Shown piece after piece: positions 9,208 through 19,159 of a DNA stretch of 64,000 nucleotides. Both the position numbers and the translations under genes were made by a program. The notes beneath the pieces are model-generated. The model had not been told where the DNA came from. It did not search any database and worked only from the letters and a program-made list of their open reading frames with translations. Origin of the DNA: an uncultured SAR86 cluster bacterium. GTDB lineage: Bacteria > Pseudomonadota > Gammaproteobacteria > Magnimaribacterales > D2472. The DNA lies in assembly GCA_902551185.1 (NCBI GenBank), contig CACDCN010000001.1:3049-67048 (forward strand). The letters are read 5' to 3'. How positions within the stretch are numbered: the stretch's first letter is position 1; every line of letters begins with the position of its first letter.

Positions 9208-10946
9208 TAGATATTGTAAATAAAGAAATCGAATCATTTTTATCATCAATTGATGGAATGGACGAAAATGTTTTATCAACAATCAATGAAAAATATTCTA
9301 CTACCATTTCTGACGATCTAAAAAATGGTCATTTGACTAGTAATGTATGTATGGTTGCTGCAAGTATATTGAATCTTAATCCAAAAGATTTAGCTAAAGA
9401 ATTAGAAGAAAAACTTAAAAAATTAAATAAATTCCAAGAAATTAAGGTAGCTGGTGCTGGATTTATAAATATATCTCTTAATAGAAAAGATTTTATTTCT
9501 ATTTTAGATGAAATAAATAACAACAAAGAGAAATTTGGAGAATCTAACCTAGGTAATGGAAATAAAATACAAATTGAGTTTGTGTCTGCAAACCCTACTG
9601 GACCTTTACATGTTGGCCATGGAAGAGGTGCTGCATATGGTGACGCCCTAGCAAGAATCCTTACAAAGACAGGGTCTATAGTAGAAAAAGAATATTATAT
9701 TAATGATGCTGGAAGACAAATAGATATTTTAACAGCTAGTGTAATCACTAAGTTGCTTCAAAAAAATATTGGCAATTTTTCTCCTCAAAATACTTATAAA
9801 GGTAAATATATAGAAGAAATAGGCATTGCCTTTAGTAAAGAAAAAGTTGTTTCTTATAAAGAACCTAAATTAATAATTAATAATCTTCCGGGAGATGCTG
9901 AAGAAGAAATTGATCAAATCATATCTAATCTAAAAGAGATGGATAATAAAATCTGGGATGAGGTTAAGGAGTTTTCTCTTAAAAATATTTTAGATCTAAT
10001 TAAACAAGATCTAGGAAGCTTTAATGTAAATTTTGACAACTGGTTCCAAGAATCTTCTCTAGGCGATTTAAAAGATCCAAATTCACAGATTTCTACTTTA
10101 GTAAATAAATTAAAAGAGGATGATAATGCATATGAGAAAGATGGAGCTCTTTGGTTAAATACTGATGTAAGTGGTGACGATAAGCATAGAGTATTAATTA
10201 GAGATGATGGAAGAGCAACCTATTTTGCATCTGATGTCGCATATCATAAAAATAAAGTCGATAGAAAATTTGATACGTTAATTAATATCTGGGGCGCTGA
10301 TCATCATGGTTATATAAAAAGGATTGAAGCCTCAATAGAGGCACTGGGGTCAAAAAAAGAAAAGTTAGTTGTCAAATTGGTGCAGTTTGCAAATTTATTT
10401 AAAGATGGAAAAAAGGTAAAAATGTCTACAAGGTCAGGCGAATTTTTTACATTAAAAGATCTGATAAATGATATTGGGGCTGATGCAGCCAGATTTTATT
10501 ATTTATCAAGACAAGCTGATCAGCATTTGGATTTTGATATAGATCTAGCAAAATCAGATAGTAAAGAAAACATTTTTTATTATATTCAGTATGCGCATGC
10601 AAGAATTTTTTCATTAGAAAAAAAATTTATCGAGAACAATCAAGGCAAAAATATTAACTCTATATCTGAAGAAAGTACTTCATATGATAAATACGATAAA
10701 TTAATTCATGAAATATCAAAATATCCAAACATTGTTAAAAAGTCTGCACAAACCCTTCAACCGCATTTAATTATTTTTTATCTAAGAGATTTGTCTCAAC
10801 TATTTCATAGCTACTATAACGACAATCATGTACTCTCCGAATCAGAAGAAAATATGAAATCAATTATTTTTTGCTTATCCGCTGTTAGACAAACTATTGC
10901 AAATGGGCTCACTCTCTTAGGCATCAGCCCGATGCAAAAAATGTAA
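9204..10946 (+). CDS. argS: arginine--tRNA ligase
   Basis: 580 aa with class I signatures PTGPLHVGHGRG and KMSTRSG. The TTG start overlaps the efp TGA stop. Confidence 0.95.
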   Translation: MIDIVNKEIESFLSSIDGMDENVLSTINEKYSTTISDDLKNGHLTSNVCMVAASILNLNPKDLAKELEEKLKKLNKFQEIKVAGAGFINISLNRKDFISILDEINNNKEKFGESNLGNGNKIQIEFVSANPTGPLHVGHGRGAAYGDALARILTKTGSIVEKEYYINDAGRQIDILTASVITKLLQKNIGNFSPQNTYKGKYIEEIGIAFSKEKVVSYKEPKLIINNLPGDAEEEIDQIISNLKEMDNKIWDEVKEFSLKNILDLIKQDLGSFNVNFDNWFQESSLGDLKDPNSQISTLVNKLKEDDNAYEKDGALWLNTDVSGDDKHRVLIRDDGRATYFASDVAYHKNKVDRKFDTLINIWGADHHGYIKRIEASIEALGSKKEKLVVKLVQFANLFKDGKKVKMSTRSGEFFTLKDLINDIGADAARFYYLSRQADQHLDFDIDLAKSDSKENIFYYIQYAHARIFSLEKKFIENNQGKNINSISEESTSYDKYDKLIHEISKYPNIVKKSAQTLQPHLIIFYLRDLSQLFHSYYNDNHVLSESEENMKSIIFCLSAVRQTIANGLTLLGISPMQKM

Positions 10947-10950
10947 TGAG

Positions 10951-11484
10951 ATGAAAGATTTTGCAAATAGAAATAATAAAAGAAATAGCAATGTTAAAAA
11001 TAAGCGTGTATTTAGGTCAAAAAAACCAAACGCCCAAACCATTTCAAGTAATACAATTATATTCTTGTTGATTATCTTCTTTGGGCTGAGCTCAGTTTCC
11101 TTTCTATATTTTAAAACTGATGTGGTCTCGATTAAGCCTGAGGATTCAATAAATTCAGTTACAATTGATTTCCCAACATCATTGATAGAAGATTCTATTT
11201 TAATAGAATCAAATAAGAACATTTCTAAGATGGAATGTGAATATTTTGTTCAAATAGGCGCCTATGGAAATAAAAAATATGCGTTAGAAGCAAAAAGCAT
11301 GCTTCAAGCAGAAATCCAAAGAATTTCAATTAATGAGGTTTTTAGCTCTCTTCAGTCAGGTAAATTACTACATAGTGTAATTTCAGGTCCATATGAAAAT
11401 AAATCTTCAGCAAATAATGCAAAAGAAAAAATTACAAAAACAGGTTTTGACCCTCGTCTTAGAACGCTATGCAAACAAAAATAA
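10951..11484 (+). CDS. SPOR-domain (peptidoglycan-binding) membrane protein
   Basis: 177 aa with a basic N-terminus and one TM helix. The C-terminal SPOR-like domain reads YFVQIGAYGNKKYALEAK ... SGPYENKSSANNAKEKI. Its position after argS matches Pseudomonas-type synteny. Confidence 0.7.
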   Translation: MKDFANRNNKRNSNVKNKRVFRSKKPNAQTISSNTIIFLLIIFFGLSSVSFLYFKTDVVSIKPEDSINSVTIDFPTSLIEDSILIESNKNISKMECEYFVQIGAYGNKKYALEAKSMLQAEIQRISINEVFSSLQSGKLLHSVISGPYENKSSANNAKEKITKTGFDPRLRTLCKQK

Positions 11485-12155
11485 TTAACAATATTAAGGA
11501 AATTAGAAAAAAAATTGATACAGCTTGTATGTTAGAAAATATTGATCCAAATAATCTAACCCTTATAGCAGTTTCTAAGAAAAAGAGTCATGAGTTAATT
11601 AATATCGCTTTAGAAAATGGGGTTTATGATTTTGGTGAAAATTATGTACAAGAGTTGATAGAAAAATCTAAACTTATAAAATCAAATAAAATTATTTGGC
11701 ATTATATTGGGCCCATCCAGTCAAATAAGGTAAAAGGTATCGCTGCTTGCGCTAATTGGGTGCATACCCTCCATAGAGAAAAGATAATTACAAAATTAAA
11801 TACTGAGTGTAAAAAAATTAATAAGGTTATTAATGCATGTATCCAAGTGAACATATCATCCGAATCATCAAAAAATGGATGCAAAACAAATGAACTTATG
11901 GATATTGCAAAAATAATTAAATCTATGAAAAATATTAATTTAAGAGGCATAATGGCTCTTCCAAAATTAACTACTAACAAAATTGAGCGAGCAGAAATAA
12001 TGGAATCAGTAAAAAATCTTAGTTTAGAGCTTCAATCTTCGTATCCTAATGCGACCTCTATCTCTTTAGGAACTTCATCAGATTTTCAGGATGCAATAAT
12101 TCATGGTTCTACAATGATCAGAATTGGTGAGTCTATTTTTGGAAAAAGGTTATGA
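11469..12155 (+). CDS. yggS: YggS-family pyridoxal-phosphate homeostasis protein
   Basis: 228 aa. Contains LIAVSKKK (the PLP lysine), FGENYVQE and WHYIGPIQSNKVK motifs. Confidence 0.9.
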   Translation: MQTKIINNIKEIRKKIDTACMLENIDPNNLTLIAVSKKKSHELINIALENGVYDFGENYVQELIEKSKLIKSNKIIWHYIGPIQSNKVKGIAACANWVHTLHREKIITKLNTECKKINKVINACIQVNISSESSKNGCKTNELMDIAKIIKSMKNINLRGIMALPKLTTNKIERAEIMESVKNLSLELQSSYPNATSISLGTSSDFQDAIIHGSTMIRIGESIFGKRL

Positions 12156-12940
12156 ATATTGTTTTTTATGGTGGTGGGAATATAGCCCAAGCATTTATAG
12201 AAGGGCTAATAAATTCTGGTTATAAAAAAAATAATATCTTTTATATAGATAGAAATCTTAAAAATAAAAATAAGCTTAAAAAACTAAAAATAAAAAGCCT
12301 TAATAACAAAGAATCACTACAAATAGATTTATTTATACTTGCTGTTAAGCCTAAAGATGCTATTCATGCATACAAAGACATATTAAAAAATTATAGAAAT
12401 CCAAAAATTGTTAGTTTTGTAGCTGGGATAAGAACTAATAAATATAAACATATAAATAAAAAGGTTGAGTTTCTTCGAGCAATGCCAAATACATCATCAA
12501 AATTCAATTTAGGCATTACTGCAATCTATAATTCAAGTTTTAAAAAAAGCAATCTTTTAAAAGTTATTAATATTTTTAAAAAGGTTGGGATTGTGATGCA
12601 ACTTGAAAAAGAATCTAAAATTGACACATTTACAGGGATTATTGGGAGCGGTCCTGCCTACTTCTTTTACCTTTTAAAGATATATGAGAAAAAATTATTA
12701 ACTTTATGCAATGGCAATAAAAAAGAGGTAAATGCAATTATTGTAAATCTTATGAAAGGTGTATGACTATCAATAAAAGATGGTAAAGATTTGGATGCGC
12801 TAATTATGAAGGTGGCTTCTAAAAAAGGCACAACAGAAGCAGGCTTAAAATCTTTTGAATCTAACTCAATTAATAAGATCTTTGAACAAGGCCTAAATGA
12901 TGCGATAAAACGCTCTAAAGAAATCTCTAATGAATACTAA
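12152..12940 (+). pseudogene. proC: pyrroline-5-carboxylate reductase, reading frame interrupted by one in-frame TGA at 12764-12766
   Basis: The N-terminal 204 codons carry a Rossmann GGGNIAQA motif plus RAMPNT and GSGPAYFFY. The same frame continues after the TGA for 57 codons (LSIKDGKDLDALIMKVASKKGTTEAGLKSFE...) to TAA at 12938-12940. The gene sits in yggS-proC-yggT synteny. Confidence 0.8.
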
Positions 12941-13454
12941 TTACCAAATTCTTGGGCTGTTTTTAAATGTTATAAACTATATGTTTATATTTCTATTAAT
13001 TTTTAATCTTCTCAAAGTTAATTATTTCAACCCTATTGTTGCTGCCTTGGTAAGGATATACAAACCAATATCCAAAATCTTTTTTATTTTTACAAATCAA
13101 ATTATAAATATTTTAATTCTTGCCATTATTTTTAAACTTCTATCTTTAATAATCTACTTCGGCAATCAATATGAAACAATTACACTTTTAGGTGTAGCAA
13201 TAATCCAAACTTTAATGGCGATATTGCGAATAATTTTCTTTGCTGTCATTGGTGGAGTCATTCTCAGCTGGGTTTCGCCAGAAAATTCAAATGCATTTCT
13301 TCAATTGATTGAAGAAATATCATATAAAACTCTTGCACCGATAAGAAAATATATACCATCAGCTGGAGGTCTCGATTTTTCGCCTTTATTTATTCTAATA
13401 ATGATAAATTTACTTGAAAGTTTCCTAACTGATATTCTTAGGGCAATAGTATGA
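12930..13454 (+). CDS. yggT: YggT-family integral membrane protein
   Basis: 174 aa, multi-TM. Conserved position after proC. Contains a GGLDFSP motif typical of YggT. Confidence 0.78.
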   Translation: MNTNYQILGLFLNVINYMFIFLLIFNLLKVNYFNPIVAALVRIYKPISKIFFIFTNQIINILILAIIFKLLSLIIYFGNQYETITLLGVAIIQTLMAILRIIFFAVIGGVILSWVSPENSNAFLQLIEEISYKTLAPIRKYIPSAGGLDFSPLFILIMINLLESFLTDILRAIV

Positions 13455-14539
13455 AATCAATAACAAAGCTTATTAATTTTACTAAAGGCATAGCTTTAGA
13501 GTCAGGTAAAAGACTAGATTCATTTGATCTAATGGTGGAAACATATGGGGAGCTTAATGAATCTAAAACCAATGCTATTCTTCTATGTCATGCCTTTTCT
13601 GGCGATCATCATGCTGCTGGCAAAAATGAAGATCAGGGTATTGGTTGGTGGGACCAAATTGTAGGACCAAGCAAAGCAATAGATACAGACGAATATTATG
13701 TTGTTTGTTGCAATAATATTGGCGGATGCTCTGGGTCCTCTGGCCCAACAAGCATCAATCCTAATACTAAAAAAGTATATGGAAGTGACTTCCCAATAGT
13801 CAGTGTTAGTGATTGGGTAAATACTCAAAAAATGCTTATGGATAAATTAAATATTCCATATTGGCATTTTGTTGCCGGAGGAAGCTTGGGTGGGATGCAA
13901 GCCCTTCAATGGTCTATTGCTTATCCAGACAAAATAAAAAAAGCAGGAATTTTTGCTGCTGCAGCCAAATCAAGCACACAAAATATTGCAATGAACGAAG
14001 TAGCAAGAGAATCAATAAGAAAGGATAAAAATTTCCACAATGGAAACTATATTGAGCAAAATGTTATCCCAAAAAATGGAATTAAAACTGCAAGGATGCT
14101 AGGCCATATAACATATCTTTCGGAAAAACATATGGATCTTAGGTTTGGTAGAAAATTTCAAGACGATGCTTCAAAAATAGATAAAGAAGTAGATTTTGAA
14201 GTTGAGAATTATCTGCAATATAAAGGTGAAAAATTTTCAGAATCATTTGATGCGAACTCTTATATCATCATGACAAAGGCGATGGATGGATATGATGCTG
14301 CTGGTAAAGAAGATAGTCTTGATGAAGCTTTAAAGGAAATAAGAGCTGAGCTACTCATTGTTGGTTTTTATTCTGATTGGCTGTATCCCCCAGAAAGAGG
14401 AAAAGAAATTCAAATAGCAGCAATAAATAATAATATAAAATCTTCATACGTAGTTTTAGATGGAGAGCATGGGCATGATAGTTTCTTATTTCATTCAGAG
14501 CAGTATTCAAAAATAATTAAAAAATTTATTCAATCATAA
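13451..14539 (+). CDS. metX: homoserine O-acetyltransferase
   Basis: 362 aa alpha/beta hydrolase with LLCHAFSGDHH and the GGSLGGMQALQW nucleophile elbow. It is followed by metW. Confidence 0.92.
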   Translation: MKSITKLINFTKGIALESGKRLDSFDLMVETYGELNESKTNAILLCHAFSGDHHAAGKNEDQGIGWWDQIVGPSKAIDTDEYYVVCCNNIGGCSGSSGPTSINPNTKKVYGSDFPIVSVSDWVNTQKMLMDKLNIPYWHFVAGGSLGGMQALQWSIAYPDKIKKAGIFAAAAKSSTQNIAMNEVARESIRKDKNFHNGNYIEQNVIPKNGIKTARMLGHITYLSEKHMDLRFGRKFQDDASKIDKEVDFEVENYLQYKGEKFSESFDANSYIIMTKAMDGYDAAGKEDSLDEALKEIRAELLIVGFYSDWLYPPERGKEIQIAAINNNIKSSYVVLDGEHGHDSFLFHSEQYSKIIKKFIQS

Positions 14540-15129
14540 TGGCTAGAGAACTTTCAAAAATAATAAATAATTGGGTCCCTGAAGAAAGTAAAGTAATAGA
14601 CTTTGGTTGTGGAGATGGATCTTTGTTACAAAAGCTAATCCAGACAAAAAATGTTCTAGGCTATGGAGTTGAAATTAATGATTCAAAAATTGAAGAATGT
14701 ATTGCAAAAGGAGTTCCTGTAATAAAACAGGATATTGACAAAGGTATTAATGAATTTGAATCTTCAAACTTTGATTTATCAATAATGGCAAGATCGATTC
14801 AATGCTTGAAAAGCCCAAATCTAGCTTTAGAAAGGATGCTAAATCTTTCAAAAAGATGTGTGGTTACTCTTCCAAATCTTGGTTATTGGAGATGTCGACT
14901 AAATCTAGCCTCTGGAAAGATGCCCGTCACTCCTGAACTTCCATCTAGTTGGTATGAAACAAAAAATATTCATCTTTGTACTATCAAAGACTTCGAACAG
15001 CTTTGTATAGATCAAAATATTAAAATTAAAGATAAAGTTTTCTTAAATTCAAATGGTAGTTCTGGGATCCTAGCTTCTATAAATCCAAATTTATTTGCAA
15101 TTGAAGGGGTTTATTTACTTGAAAAATAA
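14539..15129 (+). CDS. metW: methionine biosynthesis protein MetW
   Basis: 196 aa with a SAM-MTase-like DFGCGDG motif. TAATG junction with metX. Confidence 0.9.
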   Translation: MARELSKIINNWVPEESKVIDFGCGDGSLLQKLIQTKNVLGYGVEINDSKIEECIAKGVPVIKQDIDKGINEFESSNFDLSIMARSIQCLKSPNLALERMLNLSKRCVVTLPNLGYWRCRLNLASGKMPVTPELPSSWYETKNIHLCTIKDFEQLCIDQNIKIKDKVFLNSNGSSGILASINPNLFAIEGVYLLEK

Positions 15130-15712
15130 TAAAGAAATATTAATAGCAACATCTAACCCCGGGAAAGTAAAAGAATTCGAAAAACTACTTAAGCATCATA
15201 AATTATTTTCTTTAACAGACTTAAATATTGAGGATGCTATAGAAGATGGGAGCTCTTTTCTTGAAAATGCTCTAATCAAAGCAAAACATGGCTCATTAAG
15301 TTCAAGTAAATATACTATTGCTGATGATTCTGGGCTTGTAGTACCTGCATTAAACTTTGAACCAGGAATATTTTCTGCTAGGTACGCAGGAAAGGAAGCT
15401 TCAGATAAAGAAAATAGAGAAAAAATAATAGACAAATTAAACAAGCTAAAAGTTAAAGACCTTGATGCTTACTATGTTTGTGTTCTTGTAGGAGTAAGAA
15501 GTCATGATGATCCTATGCCAAAAATTTCTGAAGGTAGAATTTTTGGAAAGGTATCTATTAAAAGTTCTGGTGATGGAGGTTTTGGATATGACAAAATTTT
15601 CTACCCAGATAATTATTCTTGCTCAATGGCATCTATCGATTCAGAAATTAAAAACAAAATTAGCCACAGGGCTATTGCATCAGAAAAATTTTTAAAGATT
15701 TATGAAAATTAA
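15095..15712 (+). CDS. rdgB: dITP/XTP pyrophosphatase (RdgB/HAM1 family)
   Basis: ILIATSNPGKVKEF, DDSGL and GFGYD motifs. The true start may be the TTG at 15119, because the ATG at 15095 lies inside metW. Confidence 0.88.
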   Translation: MQLKGFIYLKNNKEILIATSNPGKVKEFEKLLKHHKLFSLTDLNIEDAIEDGSSFLENALIKAKHGSLSSSKYTIADDSGLVVPALNFEPGIFSARYAGKEASDKENREKIIDKLNKLKVKDLDAYYVCVLVGVRSHDDPMPKISEGRIFGKVSIKSSGDGGFGYDKIFYPDNYSCSMASIDSEIKNKISHRAIASEKFLKIYEN

Positions 15713-16356
15713 TTTATTTTTTGATAATTAAAGTTAAAAATCTGCCTACCTTGTTCTTCACCTCTTTTCTCAAATTTTGAAAGGCGTTTTTTTTCTAAGA
15801 ATTTTTTTGTAGAAGATGTAAAGAATTCACTATTATTTAATATCTCGGCAATGCTTTCAGCATAATTTTCCCAATCAGTTGAGATATATAAATAAGCATT
15901 CATTTTCATCGAATTATTAAGTATTCTTAGAAAATCATTATTAATCAATCTTCTTTTATGGTGTCTTTCTTTTGGCCATGGGTCAGGACATATTATTTTA
16001 ATGGCATCAAAAATTTCTATGGAATTTTTATCTAATAAAATTCTAATATCATCAGGAAAAATTCTTACATTATTAATATTGCTCTCTTTTATATTTCCTA
16101 ATAAAGTTCCTATTCCTGACATATATACCTCTGAGCCTATAAATAGCACTTCTGGGTTACTAAGAGCTTCTTGAGAAATGTTTTCTGCATTACCAAAACC
16201 AATTTCTAAACAACATGAAGAAAATTTAGTGCATTCTTCTTGAAGATCATTCATATCTTCTATAGCAAAATTTGATAAATTTTTTAGATTTTCTTCTTGT
16301 TTTTTTGTTATGCGTCCCCTTCTTTTAACAAAAGAAGGTAAGAACTTTAATCGCAT
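15709..16356 (-). CDS. trmB: tRNA (guanine46-N7)-methyltransferase
   Basis: 215 aa with EIGFGNAE and PDPWPKERHHKRRL motifs. Confidence 0.9.
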   Translation of the reverse strand: MRLKFLPSFVKRRGRITKKQEENLKNLSNFAIEDMNDLQEECTKFSSCCLEIGFGNAENISQEALSNPEVLFIGSEVYMSGIGTLLGNIKESNINNVRIFPDDIRILLDKNSIEIFDAIKIICPDPWPKERHHKRRLINNDFLRILNNSMKMNAYLYISTDWENYAESIAEILNNSEFFTSSTKKFLEKKRLSKFEKRGEEQGRQIFNFNYQKIN

Positions 16357-16371
16357 TCAAGGTAATTTGCG

Positions 16372-17232
16372 CTAAGCAAAATCTACCATCAAGGATTTTA
16401 ATTTTTTTAGAGCGCTATTTTCTATTTGTCTTATTCTTTCAGCTGAAACTTTATATTCATCAGCTAAATCATGAAGAGTAGCTTTTTGATCTGCTAGATA
16501 CCTTCGCTGAAGAATGTCTTTGCTTCTATCATCTAACATCTTCATCGCCTGAATTAATTCTTCCTTATTTACATCATCGGCTTGTTCGGTTGCAACAATA
16601 ACTTCTGGATCATATCTTTTATCTTCAAGATATTGTGATGGAGACATAATCTCATCATCATCTCCAGTTGGTACAGGTGAATCAAATGAAGAATCATTAG
16701 ATGAAAGTCTATTTTCCATATGCAATACATCTTTAACTTCAACATTTAAATCAGCTGCTATTTTCTCTGCTTCTTCTTTAGTTAGCCAGTCTAGACTTTT
16801 CTTTTTGCTTCTTAGGTTAAAAAATAATTTTCTTTGGGCTTTTGTTGTTGCAATTTTAACAAGCCTCCAATTTCTTAAAATATATTCATGTATTTCGGCT
16901 TTAATCCAATGAACAGCAAATGAAACTAATTTAACACCTCTATGAGGATCATATTTATCAACTGCCTTCATAAGGCCAACATTCCCTTCTTGGATAATAT
17001 CACCTAATGGCAATCCATAACCTTGATATGACCTTGCTATATGCACAACAAATCTTAGATGATGAATAACCAGCATCCTTGCTGCATCTAAATCATCTTC
17101 TTCATATAATTTAAGCGCAAGCTCTTGCTCTTCTTCCTTAGAAAGAATGGGTATTGCATGAACTGATGAAAGATATGATTCAATATCCTTACCTGGACTA
17201 TTTAGCTGTGAAGGTTGTAGTTGTGTGCCCAT
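16372..17232 (-). CDS. rpoH: RNA polymerase sigma-32 (heat-shock sigma factor)
   Basis: 286 aa sigma-70 family protein with regions 2-4. Carries the RpoH-box-like sequence QRKLFFNLRSKK. Confidence 0.93.
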   Translation of the reverse strand: MGTQLQPSQLNSPGKDIESYLSSVHAIPILSKEEEQELALKLYEEDDLDAARMLVIHHLRFVVHIARSYQGYGLPLGDIIQEGNVGLMKAVDKYDPHRGVKLVSFAVHWIKAEIHEYILRNWRLVKIATTKAQRKLFFNLRSKKKSLDWLTKEEAEKIAADLNVEVKDVLHMENRLSSNDSSFDSPVPTGDDDEIMSPSQYLEDKRYDPEVIVATEQADDVNKEELIQAMKMLDDRSKDILQRRYLADQKATLHDLADEYKVSAERIRQIENSALKKLKSLMVDFA

Positions 17233-17290
17233 TTTATATTAAAATTTTATAATTAATTATATTAATTAATTAATTATGATTAATTAGAAA

Positions 17291-18103
17291 TTATACCAAT
17301 TTTTGAAAAAAATCTCTTAAAACAGGTAAAAATTCATCTTTTATTGCATTATTCCTAAAAGCAATGAAGTAAGGATTGAGTATAGAATTGGTTTTTGCAT
17401 AACTTAATTCTCTTTCATCTTCGACGCTGATTACGCTTCCGCCAAAGCTTGAAAGAACAGCATGAGCAGCAGCTATATCCCATTCTGAAGTAGGGCCAAA
17501 TCTTGGGTAAATGTCTGCATTACTGTCAGCTAAACTACAAAGTTTTAAGGAGCTCCCCTTTTCAATTATCTTATATTTAATATCTTTTTTTTCTAAAAAT
17601 AATAAGAAAGCTTTATCATTTTCACTCTTATGGCTTTTACTCATAACAATCCTTAACTCATCTAAACTAGAAGAATCTGAGTGATTATTGTTAAAGACAG
17701 AACCATACCAAATCTTATTCATTACTGGAGCTCCAACTATTCCAAAGACCGCCCTTTTATTCTCTATTAAAGCTATATTTACTGTAAATTCATTAGTTTT
17801 ATTTATAAATTCTTTGGTCCCGTCTAATGGATCTACTAACCAATAAACATCTTCTAGATTTGAAAGACAATCTTGATTAAAAGTTTCTTCAGATATTACT
17901 GGGATTGATGAAGATATAGATTTAAGTCTTTCTAATATTAATTCGTTTGCCCTTTTATCAGCTAACGTTAATGGGGAGCCATCAGATTTGTTAATTTCAC
18001 CAAAATCATCACTTTCATATACATCCATAATCTCTTTAGATGCATCAATAACACAACTTTTTAACGTTGCTATATGTTCAGTAATAAAATGTTCGTTAGC
18101 CAT
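17291..18103 (-). CDS. cysQ: 3'(2'),5'-bisphosphate nucleotidase (inositol monophosphatase family)
   Basis: 270 aa with SPLTLADKRANE and WLVDPLDGTKEF motifs. Confidence 0.8.
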   Translation of the reverse strand: MANEHFITEHIATLKSCVIDASKEIMDVYESDDFGEINKSDGSPLTLADKRANELILERLKSISSSIPVISEETFNQDCLSNLEDVYWLVDPLDGTKEFINKTNEFTVNIALIENKRAVFGIVGAPVMNKIWYGSVFNNNHSDSSSLDELRIVMSKSHKSENDKAFLLFLEKKDIKYKIIEKGSSLKLCSLADSNADIYPRFGPTSEWDIAAAHAVLSSFGGSVISVEDERELSYAKTNSILNPYFIAFRNNAIKDEFLPVLRDFFQKLV

Positions 18104-18112
18104 TAGAAAGTT

Positions 18113-18949
18113 CTATTCAAGGGCTTTTAATCTTTGATTTACTCTATCACTTTGCTCAGGAAAACAACTCCAGCAATGTTCATATAAAGCTTCTTCCCAC
18201 TCGCCATACATTGGATTAATTAACATATACCATTTTTCTCCCCACATGTTTGAATACTTATCAATAAGTGCCTTCCTATTATTAATGCTCGTTGCAGTCT
18301 CCTCTAGGGGTATAAAGTCATCTAATTGATCTCCGAAAATTTGGATAACGCGATAATCTTTCTTTATTAAATCTCTTCGACTTGTCTTATCTGAAGCCCA
18401 ACCATTCTCATTCTTCATAAGAAGTACATCTCTATCATTATCAAAGGGAAGTCCTACAGCTATAAGGTTATTTTTTGTATATGTCTCTAAATCATGAGTC
18501 CTATTTGTAACATAGAATATTTTTATACCCTTAGAATCAGCATAACCAAGAAATTCTTTAACTCCAGGTAATGCGCTTGCAGACTCTTCGGAAACCCATT
18601 CCTTCCATCCAATTGGATAACTTGTTCCATTTAGAATACTTCTTACCTGATGCTCTGAATTATCAAGAACAGTTTCATCGACATCTAAAATAATTGCTGG
18701 CGGAAGGTTTTGGTAGCCTTTATTTTGGTTTATAAGAGCCGTCCAAGATTTATCTTCTAATGCATTATCAATATTACTTTTAGCAGACGTATAAATTTGA
18801 AAGGTATTGGCCTTGTATTCTGCAGATGTTCTCTTAAACAAGACTGCAAGAAGTGATTGTTTTTGATAAGAATTATCAATTTCACTAGCAAGCGGAGCAT
18901 TATTAAAAAAAATTATGCAGTATAAAAAAATATGTCTTAGTGATTTCAT
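18113..18949 (-). CDS. secreted HAD-superfamily acid phosphatase / 5'-nucleotidase (class C, e(P4)-like)
   Basis: 278 aa with a signal peptide. Contains LDVDETVLDNS and FGDQLDDF DDDD-type motifs. Confidence 0.75.
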   Translation of the reverse strand: MKSLRHIFLYCIIFFNNAPLASEIDNSYQKQSLLAVLFKRTSAEYKANTFQIYTSAKSNIDNALEDKSWTALINQNKGYQNLPPAIILDVDETVLDNSEHQVRSILNGTSYPIGWKEWVSEESASALPGVKEFLGYADSKGIKIFYVTNRTHDLETYTKNNLIAVGLPFDNDRDVLLMKNENGWASDKTSRRDLIKKDYRVIQIFGDQLDDFIPLEETATSINNRKALIDKYSNMWGEKWYMLINPMYGEWEEALYEHCWSCFPEQSDRVNQRLKALE

Positions 18950-18957
18950 TGTTTAAG

Positions 18958-18971
18958 AGCATTATAATGCT
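18958..18971. promoter_or_regulatory. 14-bp perfect palindrome AGCATTATAATGCT in a divergent intergenic region
   Basis: Read directly from the sequence. The core ATTATAAT gives a TATAAT hexamer on both strands. It lies between the divergent starts at 18949 (-) and 19001 (+). Confidence 0.25.
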
Positions 18972-19000
18972 TAATTAAATTAAGTCACAAAAAGCATATT

Positions 19001-19159
19001 ATGGATAATAAAATAATAGAGAATTTAGAAAAGTTAAAAAAAATGTTAATTCTTCTTAGCGAAGAAAGAAAAGTTGTATTATCTCACCATAAAACATTCG
19101 AACATGTTGAAAAAATGAGATCAATCGTAAATGAATCAATAGATATAGCGAGGAAATAA
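19001..19159 (+). CDS. hypothetical small helical protein (52 aa), not in the ORF track
   Basis: ATG at 19001, translating to MDNKIIENLEKLKKMLILLSEERKVVLSHHKTFEHVEKMRSIVNESIDIARK. Its TAA overlaps the ATG of the next gene (TAATG at 19157-19161). No homology recognised. Confidence 0.3.
   Translation: MDNKIIENLEKLKKMLILLSEERKVVLSHHKTFEHVEKMRSIVNESIDIARK

Noticed and set aside
12764-12766. TGA in proC as evidence of a reassigned genetic code (TGA=Trp/Gly) or selenocysteine.
   Set aside because: TGA terminates efp, yggS and yggT in this same window at positions that give normal protein lengths. I saw no SECIS-like context, and the aligned position in ProC is not a catalytic Cys/Sec site.
17233-17290. 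TTAATTAATTAA-type tandem/palindromic AT repeats between cysQ and rpoH as a structured repeat element.
   Set aside because: This is short, pure-AT low complexity in a promoter/leader region of an AT-rich genome, with no repeat unit beyond 4 nt. It is probably just a promoter UP-element-like tract.
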